DNA of 64,000 nt. Source: Opitutaceae bacterium (GTDB lineage: Bacteria > Verrucomicrobiota > Verrucomicrobiia > Opitutales > Opitutaceae). How positions within the stretch are numbered: position 1 is the first letter of the stretch; each line of letters opens with the position of its first letter. A program made the translations under genes and the position numbers. The notes under the pieces are model-generated. The model was not told the DNA's origin, ran no database searches, and saw only the letters and a list, made by a program, of their open reading frames with translations. Below are positions 38,516 through 48,753 of this stretch, one piece after another. The stretch spans positions 3,739 to 67,738 of the forward strand of contig JAUYAK010000005.1 of assembly GCA_030693515.1 (NCBI GenBank), written 5' to 3'.

Positions 38516-40989
38516 TGGACCCATCGCAGCGGCAACAACGACTGAACGATCTCCGCCAAAAACTGGCGGCGCTCACGACCGAGGTCGTGAAAATTGAGGA
38601 CGAACTCGCGAACTTGGAAGCCGACAGACAACTCCACCTCGGCGCGACGCCTGCTTCTGCGATTCAAATCCCTCGCACGCCGGCAGAAAAGGTCGCCCTT
38701 TTTCTGGATCTGTTTGGCACCCGGCGTTCGGTCTATCCTAAACGATGGGAGAATAACAAAGCGGGAAAGAGCGGCTATTCGCCGGCGTGTGACAACGACA
38801 GTTTCGCGAATCGGCAAAGTGGTATCTGCCGGAAGCCGAAGGTGAAATGCTCGGACTGTCCACATCAACGGTTTCCTCCGCTCGACGAGCGAGCCGTAGA
38901 ATCCCACCTGCGAGGTGAGCAGACACTCGGCGTGTATGCCATCGGCACTGACGATACCTGCCGGTTTCTCGCGGCCGACTTTGATGGGGAAGGTTGGCGC
39001 GATGACGTGCTGGCCTACCGCGAGGCGGCCGAGCGGGTCGGAATCGCGGTCGCAATCGAGCGATCCCGGTCGGGCAACGGCGCGCATGCTTGGATCTTTT
39101 TCGCCGAGCCCGTGCCTGCCGCCATGGCGCGGAAGCTGGGAACGATTCTGGTGGCGAAAGCCTCAGCTTTGCGGCCGACCTTGGGGCTGGGCGCGTATGA
39201 TCGACTGTTTCCCAATCAAGATGCCTTGCCGGTCGGCGGCTTCGGAAATCTGATCGCGCTACCTCTGGCAAAGGCTCCGCGGCAGAATGGCAACACGCTT
39301 TTCGTGGACCCTCGAATGGTGGCTTTCGAGGACCAATGGTCGTATCTAGCAGGACTCCCCCGACTGAGTCGTGAAAGCTTGGACCGAACGCTCGCCAGAG
39401 TTGCGCCCGTCAGACCGTTGGCGTCACCGGTTCAAGCCGCAGAAGCATCCGAGCACCAGCAGGACTTCGCTCTGCAAAACGACGCGATGGTGCTGGAGCT
39501 GTCGCATCCGCAAATTCGCAGTGGAATGATCTCGGGCGAAGTGACGGTGCGGCTCGATGCGCATATTCATGTGCCCCGATCACTGCCAATACCGGTGCTG
39601 GCAGCGTTACGGAGGCTCGCGACGTTTCCCAATCCGGTCTTTCACGAGAAACTGCGACTGCGGTTCGCTACGTTTGATACGCCGCGATTTCTCTTCGCTG
39701 GCGAGTGGCACGCCGACCGGCTCGTGCTACCGCGCGGGGTGTTGGACCAGAGCCTTTCACTGTTGGAGACGGCTGGTGCCACGGTCGTCGTGCAGGATGC
39801 GCGAGAGGCCGGAACTCGCGTGCCGTGGAAATTCCAGGGTGAGTTGCGGGAAGGTCAGCAGAAGGCGGTGCGCAAAATGCTCGCGGAAGACAACGGTGTG
39901 TTGTGCGCTCCGCCGGGTGCGGGAAAGACGGTCATGGGCTGCGCGTTGATCGCACGAGCCCGCACCTCGGCGCTCGTGCTGGTGCATCGCGCGGTGCTGG
40001 TGGAGCAGTGGCGGGAGACGGCCATGCAATTTCTCGGATTGAAACGAAAGGAGATCGGTCTCTGGCGCGGGCCTACCCCGCGGCTCACCGAACGATTCGA
40101 CATTGCCATGCTGCCGTCGCTGATTCGTGTGGAAAATATCGCGGCAGCACTGGCCGGCTACGGAGTGGTCATCGTCGACGAATGCCATCATGTGCCCGCC
40201 GCGTCTTTCGAGATGGTGGTGAAGGCCTGCCCCGGCCGGCGGGTTTACGGACTCACGGCGACGCCGAAACGTAAGGATCGGCTGTAGAAATTGCTCTTCG
40301 CCCAATGCGGACCGATCCGGCACACGATGGTCGATGCTCCGACTGATGAAGTGCGGACGGTCAAAGTTCGCCACACCACCGTGACTCTGCCACCCGATGC
40401 TGGGCCGCGACCACCGATCCACGTGGTGTGGGAGGCGTTGGTGCAGGATGAAAGCCGGATGAACGTGATCGTCGCCGATCTGTTGACGTGCGCGGCGTCG
40501 GGGCGTTCGCCGCTCGTTCTGGCGGACCGCAAGGTCTACTTGGAACGGCTGCAAGCGGCGTTCATCGCGCAGGCCACCGGCGTCACGTGTCATCGACTGG
40601 ACGGGCAGCTGGGAAAGAAGTCCCGGAACGAAGTGCTGCGGCAGATCGGCGAGCACTACAATGAGCAGAAACCGTTCGTGCTGTTCGCAACGGCGTCGCT
40701 GATCGGCGAGGGGTTCGACCTTCCGCGTTTGGATACTTTGGTGTTAGCGATGCCACTTTCGTTTAAGGGGCGGCTCGTGCAATACGCCGGCCGGCTTCAT
40801 CGGCGGCATGAAGCCAAAGGCGCTGCGATGATCTTTGACTATCTCGACCACAACCACGCCATCACGAGTGCGATGTTTCGACGACGACTCGCCGGCTACA
40901 GTGAACTTGGGTATGTGGTCGAGATGCCGCAGAGCGAAGCTGCACCATGGTTCGGAGACAACCCAGCTGAGTCCGGGCGCACGAAATAG
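38515..40989 (+). pseudogene. archaeo-eukaryotic primase (AEP)-like domain fused to SF2 (DExH) helicase, interrupted by a single in-frame TAG at 40285-40287
   Basis: N-terminal coiled coil and a Cys cluster (C..C..CxxC). AEP motifs are DFD (FLAADFDGEGW), GNGAHAW and a downstream acidic motif. Helicase motifs are I APPGAGKT, II IVDECHH and III TATP. After the stop, reading continues in the same frame (RL*KLLFAQCGPIRH) into RecA2 motifs (ATASLIGEGFDLPRLD, QYAGRLHR). The second ORF (40291-40989) has only a TTG 'start'. Confidence 0.8.
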
Positions 40990-41005
40990 CCTCATCAAAA
41001 CTGCC

Positions 41006-41383
41006 ATGCCCATACCGAAGCGAAACGACGAACGGGAAGAACGCATCACCATGGAGATTGTCGTCGATTGCTACAATGAGAGCGAAGCGTGGTCGGGTTG
41101 GTGGTGCTATCTCGACAGCAAGCTCTCGTGTCCATTTGTGGCGGAATGTATCCGCGAGCGACGGGGGTCGCCGTTGAAAATCGGCGAGCGTGTGACCGTC
41201 ACCGCCATGCTCGATGACCATGAGGCGGCGGATTCGCTGGGCGAGATGCAGGTGGAGATCGAATGGCAGGGGCGGACCCTCGGCGTGCCCTTGACACAGC
41301 TCAGAGGCGTCGAAGTAAACGAGGGGACGGCGGAAGCCATCGCGGACTGGCACTATTGGGTGGCGCAAGGACGGCAGTTCTGA
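41006..41383 (+). CDS. small conserved protein (family often auto-annotated 'calcium-binding protein'), third gene of the islet
   Basis: ATG at 41006, 16 nt after the helicase stop. From recollection, MEIVVDCYNESEAWSGWWCYLDSKLSCPFVAEC...WQGRTLGVPLTQL...AIADWHYWV matches a widespread roughly 120-aa family. Confidence 0.65.
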   Translation: MPIPKRNDEREERITMEIVVDCYNESEAWSGWWCYLDSKLSCPFVAECIRERRGSPLKIGERVTVTAMLDDHEAADSLGEMQVEIEWQGRTLGVPLTQLRGVEVNEGTAEAIADWHYWVAQGRQF

Positions 41384-41508
41384 TTCGGCCGAGTCAAATG
41401 CGCGCCCGGGGAACTCGAAAATTTGACCATCCTTGGGGGCATTCGCAACCCACGGTCATCCGCTCGTTCCCGATTTGCTGCACCGCAGTTCGCACCCACG
41501 CCAGTCAC

Positions 41509-41582
41509 TGGCTGCCCGACATGGATTCGAACCATGACTAGGCGAGTCAAAGTCGCCTGTGCTACCATTACACCATCAGGCA
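41509..41582 (-). tRNA. tRNA-Gln (anticodon UUG)
   Basis: Hand-folded 74-nt cloverleaf. Acceptor TGCCTGA/TCGGGCA (U1-A72), D stem GTGT/GCAC, anticodon stem GGCGA/TCGCC with loop CTTTGAC, T arm CATGG-TTCGAAT-CCATG, discriminator G and encoded CCA. Confidence 0.9.
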
Positions 41583-41649
41583 AAAAGCGCAGTCGGACAA
41601 CGTGCTTCCGCCCTGCGCTCGGTCAAGGACGGAAAACACCGCCCCCCAC

Positions 41650-43029
41650 TCAACCTTCAGCGATGCAGTAGAGGTGCTCGTGCCCGCGCAGGAAGAGTTC
41701 CCGGTCCACGGCCACCGGTGAGGCGTCGAAATTGTCGTTGAGCTTGTTGGTCGCGACGATCTCGAACTTCGCCGCGTCCTTCAGCACCGCGGTCTGCCCG
41801 AAGCGGCCGACGACGTAGAGGTGCCCGTTGGCCGCCACCGGCGAAGCGTAGATGCCGCGCATGCCTTCGATCGGCTGGTCCTGGAAATGGAATTCGCCGG
41901 TCAGCGCGTTCACGCAGGAAAGGTAGGCGTCGTTGCTCTTGCTGAAATAAATCCGATCGCCCGAGAGCACGGGGGACGGCACGTAGGGGGTGCTCTTGCG
42001 CACGTGCCACGCGATTTGATCGGTGCCCGTGATGTCACCGCGCGCGGTCAGCTTGATCGCCTGAAGGGACGAGCCCTGGAAGCCGCTCGTCACGTAGACG
42101 AAGCCATGCCCGGTCACGGGCGTGGGAATTACGTTCACGGTCTGGCCAGCTGCTTCCCAGACGAGCTCGCCGGTCGCGGTGTCGTAGCTGCGCGTAAGAT
42201 TGGTCGCGGCGATGACGGCCTGGGTCCGGCCGCCGGTCTCGACGATGAGCGGCGTGGTCCAGGTGGTGCGCTCATCGCGACTCTTGCGCCAGACCTCGGC
42301 TCCGGTGCGCTTGTCGAGGGCGACGACGAAGGAGCCGCCTTCCTGATCCCACGGCACGATGAGGTGGTTGCCGGCGAGTGCGGGCGAGGCCCCTTCGCCA
42401 AAGCCGTTGCGCGTGCGCATGTCGCCGAGGTCTTTTTCCCAAATCAGTTTTCCGTCGAGATCGTAGCAGAAGAGGCCGCGCGAACCGAACGAGGCATAGA
42501 GCCGCTCGCCGTCGGTGACCGGCGAACCGGAGGCAAACGAGTTGGTCGCATGGCGCCCCTCGTGCGGCACCTCGCGGCGCGCGGTCTTCTGCCACACCAC
42601 GCTGCCGGTCTTCCGGTCGAGCGCGAGGACGACAAACTCGTGAACCTTGGTCGGGCGCGTGCCGCCGCCGAAACCGCCTTTGCCCTTCCCGGCTTTGCCG
42701 CGCCCATCGCCACCACCGGGCGGGCCGCCCTGGGGAGCCGCCTCGGCCTCAGCCGGAGCCCGCTCCTCCGTGGTCTCGATCGCGGCGAGGAGAAAGATGC
42801 GATCGCGCCACACGATGGGGGTGGAAAAACCGTAGCCAGGCACCTTGGCCTTCCAGCGCACGTTCTTCTCTTCGCTCCAAACGAGCGGCGGCTGGGCCCC
42901 GGGTGCGATGCCGGCTCCACTCACCCCGCGCCACTCGGGCCAGGATGACGCGCCGGTCGCTGCGGAACCGCGGCCGGCGAAAAAGAGCAGACTGCAAGCA
43001 AGGGTGATGAAGGCAAAGCGGTGGGTCAT
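41650..43029 (-). CDS. PQQ-like beta-propeller repeat protein (BamB-like fold), secreted
   Basis: ATG at 43029 with a signal peptide. Repeated WRG/W..K beta-propeller blades (e.g. VVWQK, LIWEKDLG, EVWRK, LVWEA). Confidence 0.75.
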   Translation of the reverse strand: MTHRFAFITLACSLLFFAGRGSAATGASSWPEWRGVSGAGIAPGAQPPLVWSEEKNVRWKAKVPGYGFSTPIVWRDRIFLLAAIETTEERAPAEAEAAPQGGPPGGGDGRGKAGKGKGGFGGGTRPTKVHEFVVLALDRKTGSVVWQKTARREVPHEGRHATNSFASGSPVTDGERLYASFGSRGLFCYDLDGKLIWEKDLGDMRTRNGFGEGASPALAGNHLIVPWDQEGGSFVVALDKRTGAEVWRKSRDERTTWTTPLIVETGGRTQAVIAATNLTRSYDTATGELVWEAAGQTVNVIPTPVTGHGFVYVTSGFQGSSLQAIKLTARGDITGTDQIAWHVRKSTPYVPSPVLSGDRIYFSKSNDAYLSCVNALTGEFHFQDQPIEGMRGIYASPVAANGHLYVVGRFGQTAVLKDAAKFEIVATNKLNDNFDASPVAVDRELFLRGHEHLYCIAEG

Positions 43030-43165
43030 GGGAGGAACGGCGTGGGTTGCCGGGCAGGACGCCCCTGCGTCCAAGAAGTTGCCCAAACCACGGCAACGTT
43101 GTTTCCAGAGAAAATGCGAATCGCCGCTTGAGTCCGTGCGTCTGTCCCCGGCACGCTCCCCCCGC

Positions 43166-44692
43166 ATGAGTTCCGCCCCCTCCCCTGCCTCGCCGACCAT
43201 GTCGCGCACTTCCTGGCTCATCTGCATCATCGCCGCGATCGGCTTTGCCTTCGACATCTATGAGCTGCTGATGCTGCCGCTCATCATCAAGCCCGCGCTC
43301 GCGGCCTTGAGTGCCCCGCTGGTGGAGGCGCTCGTGACCGGCGGCATGGAGCGGGCGAAAGCCGCGGCGCTGTGGTCGCCCGGCGGCGAGGAGTATGTGC
43401 GCTGGGCCCGGATGCTCTTCTTCGTGCCGGCCATTGCCGGTGGTATCTTCGGCCTGCTCGGCGGCTACATGACAGACCTGTTCGGCCGGCGCCGGGTGCT
43501 GACCTACTCCATTTTGCTTTACGCCTTTGCGGCCTGCGCGGCGGGCTTTGCCACCACGCTGCCCCAGCTGCTGTTTTTCCGCTGTCTCGTGTTCATCGGT
43601 GTCTGCGTTGAGTTCGTCGCGGCTGTCGCGTGGCTCGCCGAGATTTTCACCGAGCCGAAGCAGCGCGAAAAAGTCCTGGGCTACACCCAGGCGTTCTCGT
43701 CCTTCGGCGGCCTGATGGTCGCGGGCGCCAACATCCTCGCCGCCAAATGGGCGTTCGATCTGCCGGCCATTCACAACGGCCACGAAGCGTGGCGCTACAC
43801 CCTCATCTCGGGCGTGCTCCCCGCGCTGCCGCTGATTCTCATCCGGCCCTTCCTCCCCGAGTCTCCCGCGTGGCAAAAGAAGCGCGAGGCCGGCACGCTG
43901 CGGCGTCCGAGCATCGCGGCGCTCTTCTCGCCCGAGCTGCGCAAGACCACAATCATCACCACGATTCTCTTCGCTGGCAGCTACGGCATCGCCTTCGGCG
44001 CGATCCAGCAGCTCCCCCAGATCATCGGCGCCCAGCGCGTCGGCACCCCGTCCGAGTCCGGCCACGTCGCAGTGCGGGCCATTGCCAAGGAAAAGGGCGC
44101 CGAAGCCATGGCCGCCGCCAAGGCGGCCCAGAAGCCCGAGGCCGTCGCCCAGCGCGAGATGCGCCAGGCCGCCGCCAACGCCAGCGATCAGACCGTCGCA
44201 GGCGTCACGATGTGGCAGGAAGTCGGCGGGCTCGTCGGCCGCTTTCTGCTCGCCGTCCTCGCGGTGGTGATCCTGAGCCGGCGCACGTTGTTCCGCGTCT
44301 TCCAGATTCCGTCGCTGATATTCGTGCCCTTGCTCTTCTGGTGGATCAGCGGGCAGCTCGACGACGCCAGCAGCCTCGGGCTAATCAAGGCGGGCATCTT
44401 CGTCGCCGGTGTGCTGACCGTCGCGCAATTCAGTTTCTGGGGAAATTACATCCCGCTCGTCTTCCCCGTCCACCTCCGCGGCACGGGCGAGAGCTTCGCC
44501 GCCAACATCGGCGGCCGCGTGCTCGGCACCGCCGCCGCGTGGATTACCCTCACGTTCTCCGCCTCCGACAAACCCGATCCGGCGCGCGTCGCGCTCGTCG
44601 GTGCCTGCGTCGCCGGGGCCTACGCACTCGTGGGGGCGATTCTCACGCAGTTCCTCCCCGAGCCCAAGCCCGAAGACATGAAGGAGGAATAG
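43166..44692 (+). CDS. MFS transporter
   Basis: Multiple hydrophobic helices, the MFS loop motif DLFGRRRV, and about 500 aa. Start at 43166 (alternative ATG at 43199). Confidence 0.75.
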   Translation: MSSAPSPASPTMSRTSWLICIIAAIGFAFDIYELLMLPLIIKPALAALSAPLVEALVTGGMERAKAAALWSPGGEEYVRWARMLFFVPAIAGGIFGLLGGYMTDLFGRRRVLTYSILLYAFAACAAGFATTLPQLLFFRCLVFIGVCVEFVAAVAWLAEIFTEPKQREKVLGYTQAFSSFGGLMVAGANILAAKWAFDLPAIHNGHEAWRYTLISGVLPALPLILIRPFLPESPAWQKKREAGTLRRPSIAALFSPELRKTTIITTILFAGSYGIAFGAIQQLPQIIGAQRVGTPSESGHVAVRAIAKEKGAEAMAAAKAAQKPEAVAQREMRQAAANASDQTVAGVTMWQEVGGLVGRFLLAVLAVVILSRRTLFRVFQIPSLIFVPLLFWWISGQLDDASSLGLIKAGIFVAGVLTVAQFSFWGNYIPLVFPVHLRGTGESFAANIGGRVLGTAAAWITLTFSASDKPDPARVALVGACVAGAYALVGAILTQFLPEPKPEDMKEE

Positions 44693-44705
44693 GCCCCGCG
44701 CGCGC

Positions 44706-47700
44706 CTACCCCGCCGCCAGCGCGACACTCGGCCGCAGTTCCCCTGTCGCGCGCTGGAACACCACCCAGCCGCACGCGAGGTTGAGCAACGCGATGCCCA
44801 GCAGCATCGCGCCCACCGCCGCCAGCGTGCCCGCCGCCGGGAGGGCCGCGAGACTCGGCGCAATCGCGACGACCGACGACACCGCGCCAATCGCGAGGCC
44901 CCAGACGACGAGCGTGGCGAACTCGTGAAATACCATCCGCCCCAGCACGGCGCGCGGCAGGCCGATGGCGGACATCACGGCAAACTCCCCGCGCCGCTCG
45001 CGCAGATTGCGTGCGACGACCACCGCCAGCCCGAGGCTGCCCAGCACCACGCCCAGCGTGCCGAGGGCCGTGAAGATGGCGATGTAGGTGTTCTCGATCT
45101 GGTGGAAGGCGGCGAGCACGTCGCGCGTGAGCTCGACCTTGCCCCCCGCATCCGCGGCTGAGGCTGTCAGCCGGTCCCGCAGCGCCGTGAGATCGCCGCC
45201 GGGATTCTTCGCATCGGCCAGGAAGAGCGCGTAGCCGCCACTCGACGGAAATTTTTTCAGGAACAGCGCCTCATCCACGATCAGATGGCCCTGAAAAATC
45301 GAGTCGGGCAGCGTGCCAACGATGCGCACGGCGAAGGCCCCGCCCGTTTCGTCCGTGTAGGCGAGCGTGTCGCCGACCTTGCGCTTCAACGCCCAGAGCA
45401 GGGTGTTTTCATCGACGAGCGCGGGGATCGCACCGTCGGCGTCCGGGGCCCGCAGGTTGGCCCAGCCCGCTTCCTTGGTCCGGAACGCGCCGCGCTCGGC
45501 CAGCGCCGCGGTCTCCAGCGCCAGCAGCCGCGGCTGCATCGTCGTGTTGAGATTGAAGCAATTCACGTTGTCGCCCGGCCCAACGCGAACCGGGATCACC
45601 GTCCCGAGATCGACGGCATGCTTGCCAAACAATTCGAAACCCGACGCCCGGCCGTCGCGCGCATGATTCTGCGGCACCGTCGTCTCGATCCAGAATGCGA
45701 AACCGCCCGTGCCGCTCGCGCGCACGAGCCAGTCGGCGCCGACATGTTTCCGAAACGACGCCACCGAAAGCACCATGAACACTGCCGTCGCAATCAGGCC
45801 AACGACGGTGAGGCTGCGCGCGCGGCGCGCGGCGAGGTTGCGTCGCGCGAGCCTCCGCGCATCGAGCACCCCATCGGCCTGGGGTTCACGGGCCAGCCAC
45901 GCACGGCAGCCTGCGAGACCCGCCACCAACCACGAAAAACCCGCCAGATAGAACGCGATCTGCGCCGGCAGCCCGCCTCGCGACGCGATGAGCGCCGCGA
46001 CGCCCGTGACGGCGGCGAGCGCAGCGAGGATGATGGCGTTGCGCCGCGCCTGGGCCGGCGGCGCGGTTTCCTCGGCACTCGCGGCAAGGCGAATTGAGAG
46101 CGCGCGCCGGGTCTGGCGGCGAATCGCGAGCCACACCGCTCCGAGCGAAATGACCAAGAAGGCCCCGAGACCGGCCCCCACGCTCGCCGGCTGCATCGCA
46201 AATGTGAACACCGCCCCACCCCCCTGCCCCGCCCAGATCCGTTCGAGAAAGCGCAGGATGCCCTGGGTGTAGAGCGCCGCGAGCGGCACGCCCACTGCGC
46301 CCGCCACGATTAGGATCACCAGCGCCTCGCCGAGGCGCCAGCGGCCGATCTGCCGCGCCGGCACGCCGACGGCGCCGAGCAGCGCATCCTCCCGGTTGCG
46401 CAGCAGCAGCGAGAGCTGGAAGAGCATCGCGACCAGCCCCAGCGCCGCGAGAATCAGGAAGAAACTCATGCCGAGGAACAGCCCGCCGAAATCGACCGCC
46501 GACTGCGCCAAGTCCGCCGCGCCCGCGCGCACGTTGCGCACGAGCATTTGATTCAGTTCCGGGCGCAGCGCGGCCAAAGCCTGGCGCTCCAGCTCACCCG
46601 CTTGCCCCCGTGGGGCTGCGACGCGCAAGGCCGTCAGCTCGCCCCAGCGCGTCGCCCACATCTCGCGCCCGGCGGCGATGGGAAACCAAGCCTTGGGTGT
46701 GCCGCGATGATCGTCCCAGTAGCGTTCATCCTGATCGCGGATACGTTCGAGCTTCAGCGGCAATCCCGGATCCCAGTCGCTCTGGTTCTTCACATCGCTG
46801 ATGCCGGGAAACTCCGGCATCCACGCCCGATCCGCCGCCACGCCATCCAGCGGCACCACCGCGCGCACCCGGAACGCGGTGCTGTGTTCCGCGAGCACGT
46901 CGCCTGCGCCAACTTGGAAATAGGTCGCGGTCAGCTCGGCGCCGGGCCCCACCTGCAGATCGTCCGCCAGCCAGCGGTTAATCACGACTTCGCGCGGACC
47001 GAGGTCGGCCGGCAAAAACGGCGCAACTGCCGCCGTGGTCGCCGTGGCGATGGAATACGGCGTGGCCCGCCCGCCGGACCGCAGTTCGTTGACGAGGTAG
47101 GAAGCGACCGGCTGCGCCTGCGGCATCTCGCCGGTGATCGCCCGCACGAGGGCCGGATCGAGGAAGATGCGATCGGAGGTGAAATCAAAAACCTGCGCGG
47201 CCTCGCGCCACGGCAGCGCGAGTCCGTAGTCGGCGAGCCGGACCGTCGCCGCGAGCGCGGCGGACAATTCGGCATCGGTCCGCGTGCCGGAGATGAGCAG
47301 CAGATTGGCGCGCTGCGGTCGGTTTAGCGCGGTCTGCAAGAGCGCCATCGGCAAAAAAACCGATGGCGGCGGCACCTGGGTCGCCTCCAGATTGAAGCGC
47401 CCAAAGGCCGCATCGCCCACGATCACGGCCACCGTGCCGCGCACGGCCTCGAGCTTGGCCTCCGCTCCGGCGATGGGGGCGTTGCCCGCGAGCACGCCGG
47501 GTTTCTGCAAGCGCACGACGAGAGTGTCGCCGACCTTCAGCGCGAGACGACGGGCCAGCGTCTCGTTGACCGCCACTTCGTTTTTCTCGGCGTCGAGCGG
47601 GATCGCCGCAGGCTCGGGGGCCAGCTGCCAGAAGGCGGGCGTCACGCCCACGAGCTGCACTTGCGTGGCAAACGCCCGCGTCGCGGGCTGCGTCGCCGTG

Positions 47701-47975
47701 CCCCGGGCCAGCAGCACGGGCGCGGCGCGCACCTTAGCCGCCGTCGCCAACTCGGCCGCCAGCGCTTCGCGGAAAAATCGATCACCCGCGGCCACGACGT
47801 GGGTCGCCTGACCGATGCGCTGCGCCGCGATCCGTCGCAGTGAGGCCGCGACCGAGTCGCCGGCGAAGAGCGCGCCGAGCAGGACCGTCGCGCCCAGCAC
47901 CGCGCCGGCGAAGACGCCGAGGTAGGCGAAACGATGATGCGCGACGCTGCGCAGGATGTAGCGAAGAGTGGTCAT
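44706..47975 (-). CDS. ABC transporter permease, FtsX/MacB-type (multi-domain, 1089 aa)
   Basis: N-terminus LRYILRSVAHHRFAY and repeated FtsX-like TM bundles. Immediately downstream of the LolD/MacB-type ATPase. Confidence 0.8.
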   Translation of the reverse strand: MTTLRYILRSVAHHRFAYLGVFAGAVLGATVLLGALFAGDSVAASLRRIAAQRIGQATHVVAAGDRFFREALAAELATAAKVRAAPVLLARGTATQPATRAFATQVQLVGVTPAFWQLAPEPAAIPLDAEKNEVAVNETLARRLALKVGDTLVVRLQKPGVLAGNAPIAGAEAKLEAVRGTVAVIVGDAAFGRFNLEATQVPPPSVFLPMALLQTALNRPQRANLLLISGTRTDAELSAALAATVRLADYGLALPWREAAQVFDFTSDRIFLDPALVRAITGEMPQAQPVASYLVNELRSGGRATPYSIATATTAAVAPFLPADLGPREVVINRWLADDLQVGPGAELTATYFQVGAGDVLAEHSTAFRVRAVVPLDGVAADRAWMPEFPGISDVKNQSDWDPGLPLKLERIRDQDERYWDDHRGTPKAWFPIAAGREMWATRWGELTALRVAAPRGQAGELERQALAALRPELNQMLVRNVRAGAADLAQSAVDFGGLFLGMSFFLILAALGLVAMLFQLSLLLRNREDALLGAVGVPARQIGRWRLGEALVILIVAGAVGVPLAALYTQGILRFLERIWAGQGGGAVFTFAMQPASVGAGLGAFLVISLGAVWLAIRRQTRRALSIRLAASAEETAPPAQARRNAIILAALAAVTGVAALIASRGGLPAQIAFYLAGFSWLVAGLAGCRAWLAREPQADGVLDARRLARRNLAARRARSLTVVGLIATAVFMVLSVASFRKHVGADWLVRASGTGGFAFWIETTVPQNHARDGRASGFELFGKHAVDLGTVIPVRVGPGDNVNCFNLNTTMQPRLLALETAALAERGAFRTKEAGWANLRAPDADGAIPALVDENTLLWALKRKVGDTLAYTDETGGAFAVRIVGTLPDSIFQGHLIVDEALFLKKFPSSGGYALFLADAKNPGGDLTALRDRLTASAADAGGKVELTRDVLAAFHQIENTYIAIFTALGTLGVVLGSLGLAVVVARNLRERRGEFAVMSAIGLPRAVLGRMVFHEFATLVVWGLAIGAVSSVVAIAPSLAALPAAGTLAAVGAMLLGIALLNLACGWVVFQRATGELRPSVALAAG

Positions 47976-47994
47976 CGGCGTGGGGCGGGGCCGC

Positions 47995-48666
47995 TCACGG
48001 CACCAGCCGGCCGGATTCGAGCCGCAGGGTGCGGCCTAGGCGGCCGGCGAGGCCGGGATTGTGGGTCACGACGACGAGCGCCGCTCCGGAAGTCGCGTTG
48101 GTCTGCAACAGCAGCTCCGCGATCCGTTCGCCGGTGGCGGTGTCGAGCGAGCCCGTCGGCTCATCGGCGAGGATGACCTTGGGCTGGTTGATCAACGCGC
48201 GCGCGATCGCGACGCGGAGTTGTTCGCCACCGGAGAGCTGCCACGGCCGGTGCGCGATGCGATCACGCAGGCCGACCTGCTCCAGCAGGGCCTCCGCCCG
48301 CGCGCGCACGTCGCCCTCCGGCTCATCCCAGCCACCGGCGAGACGGGGCACGAGCACATTTTCCAAAATCGAGCACTGCGGCAGCAGGTAGTGCAGTTGA
48401 AAAATGAACCCGATCGTGCGATTGCGGAAACGCGCCGCGGCCGTGGCATCGAGCCCACCGAGCGCGGTCCCATCGATGGTGATCGAGCCGGACGTGGGCT
48501 GATCGAGGGCACCGAGGAGATTGAGCAGCGTGGTCTTGCCGCTCCCCGAGGGACCGACGATGGCGACGGACTCGCCCGCCGCCACCCGCAGATCGAGATC
48601 ACGCAGCACCGACACCGGGCCGGCGGGGTTCTCGTAGGATTTGGCCACACGGACGACGTCGATCAT
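47995..48666 (-). CDS. ABC transporter ATP-binding protein (LolD/MacB-like)
   Basis: ATG at 48666. Walker A GPSGSGKTT, signature LSGGEQLRVAIARAL, Walker B ILADEPTG. The ORF-track N-terminal extension runs into the MITE-like element and is rejected. Confidence 0.92.
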   Translation of the reverse strand: MIDVVRVAKSYENPAGPVSVLRDLDLRVAAGESVAIVGPSGSGKTTLLNLLGALDQPTSGSITIDGTALGGLDATAAARFRNRTIGFIFQLHYLLPQCSILENVLVPRLAGGWDEPEGDVRARAEALLEQVGLRDRIAHRPWQLSGGEQLRVAIARALINQPKVILADEPTGSLDTATGERIAELLLQTNATSGAALVVVTHNPGLAGRLGRTLRLESGRLVP

Positions 48667-48753
48667 GGTGAAAGGAGAGTCGAGGCAGTTAGCCACAGAG
48701 GGACACGCATCGTCCCTCATCTTTCTGGGCAAAGGCGGCACGGAGCAAGCTCC

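Noticed and set aside
40285-40287. Pyrrolysine or other programmed recoding of the in-frame TAG
   Set aside because: The window contains no pyl genes and no PYLIS-like context that I can recognise, and the phylum is not known for Pyl. A nonsense mutation or a sequencing error is more parsimonious.
40291-40989. Independent 232-aa gene downstream of the helicase
   Set aside because: It is in the same frame as 38515-40287, separated by one TAG. Its 'start' is TTG with no RBS, and it encodes only the RecA2 half of an SF2 helicase. I treated it as part of one interrupted gene.
36950-41508. Intact integrative element or prophage at tRNA-Gln
   Set aside because: No integrase, excisionase, transposase, capsid or conjugation gene is present on either strand. 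Only an 11-bp att-like repeat remains, so I call it a decayed islet rather than a mobile element.
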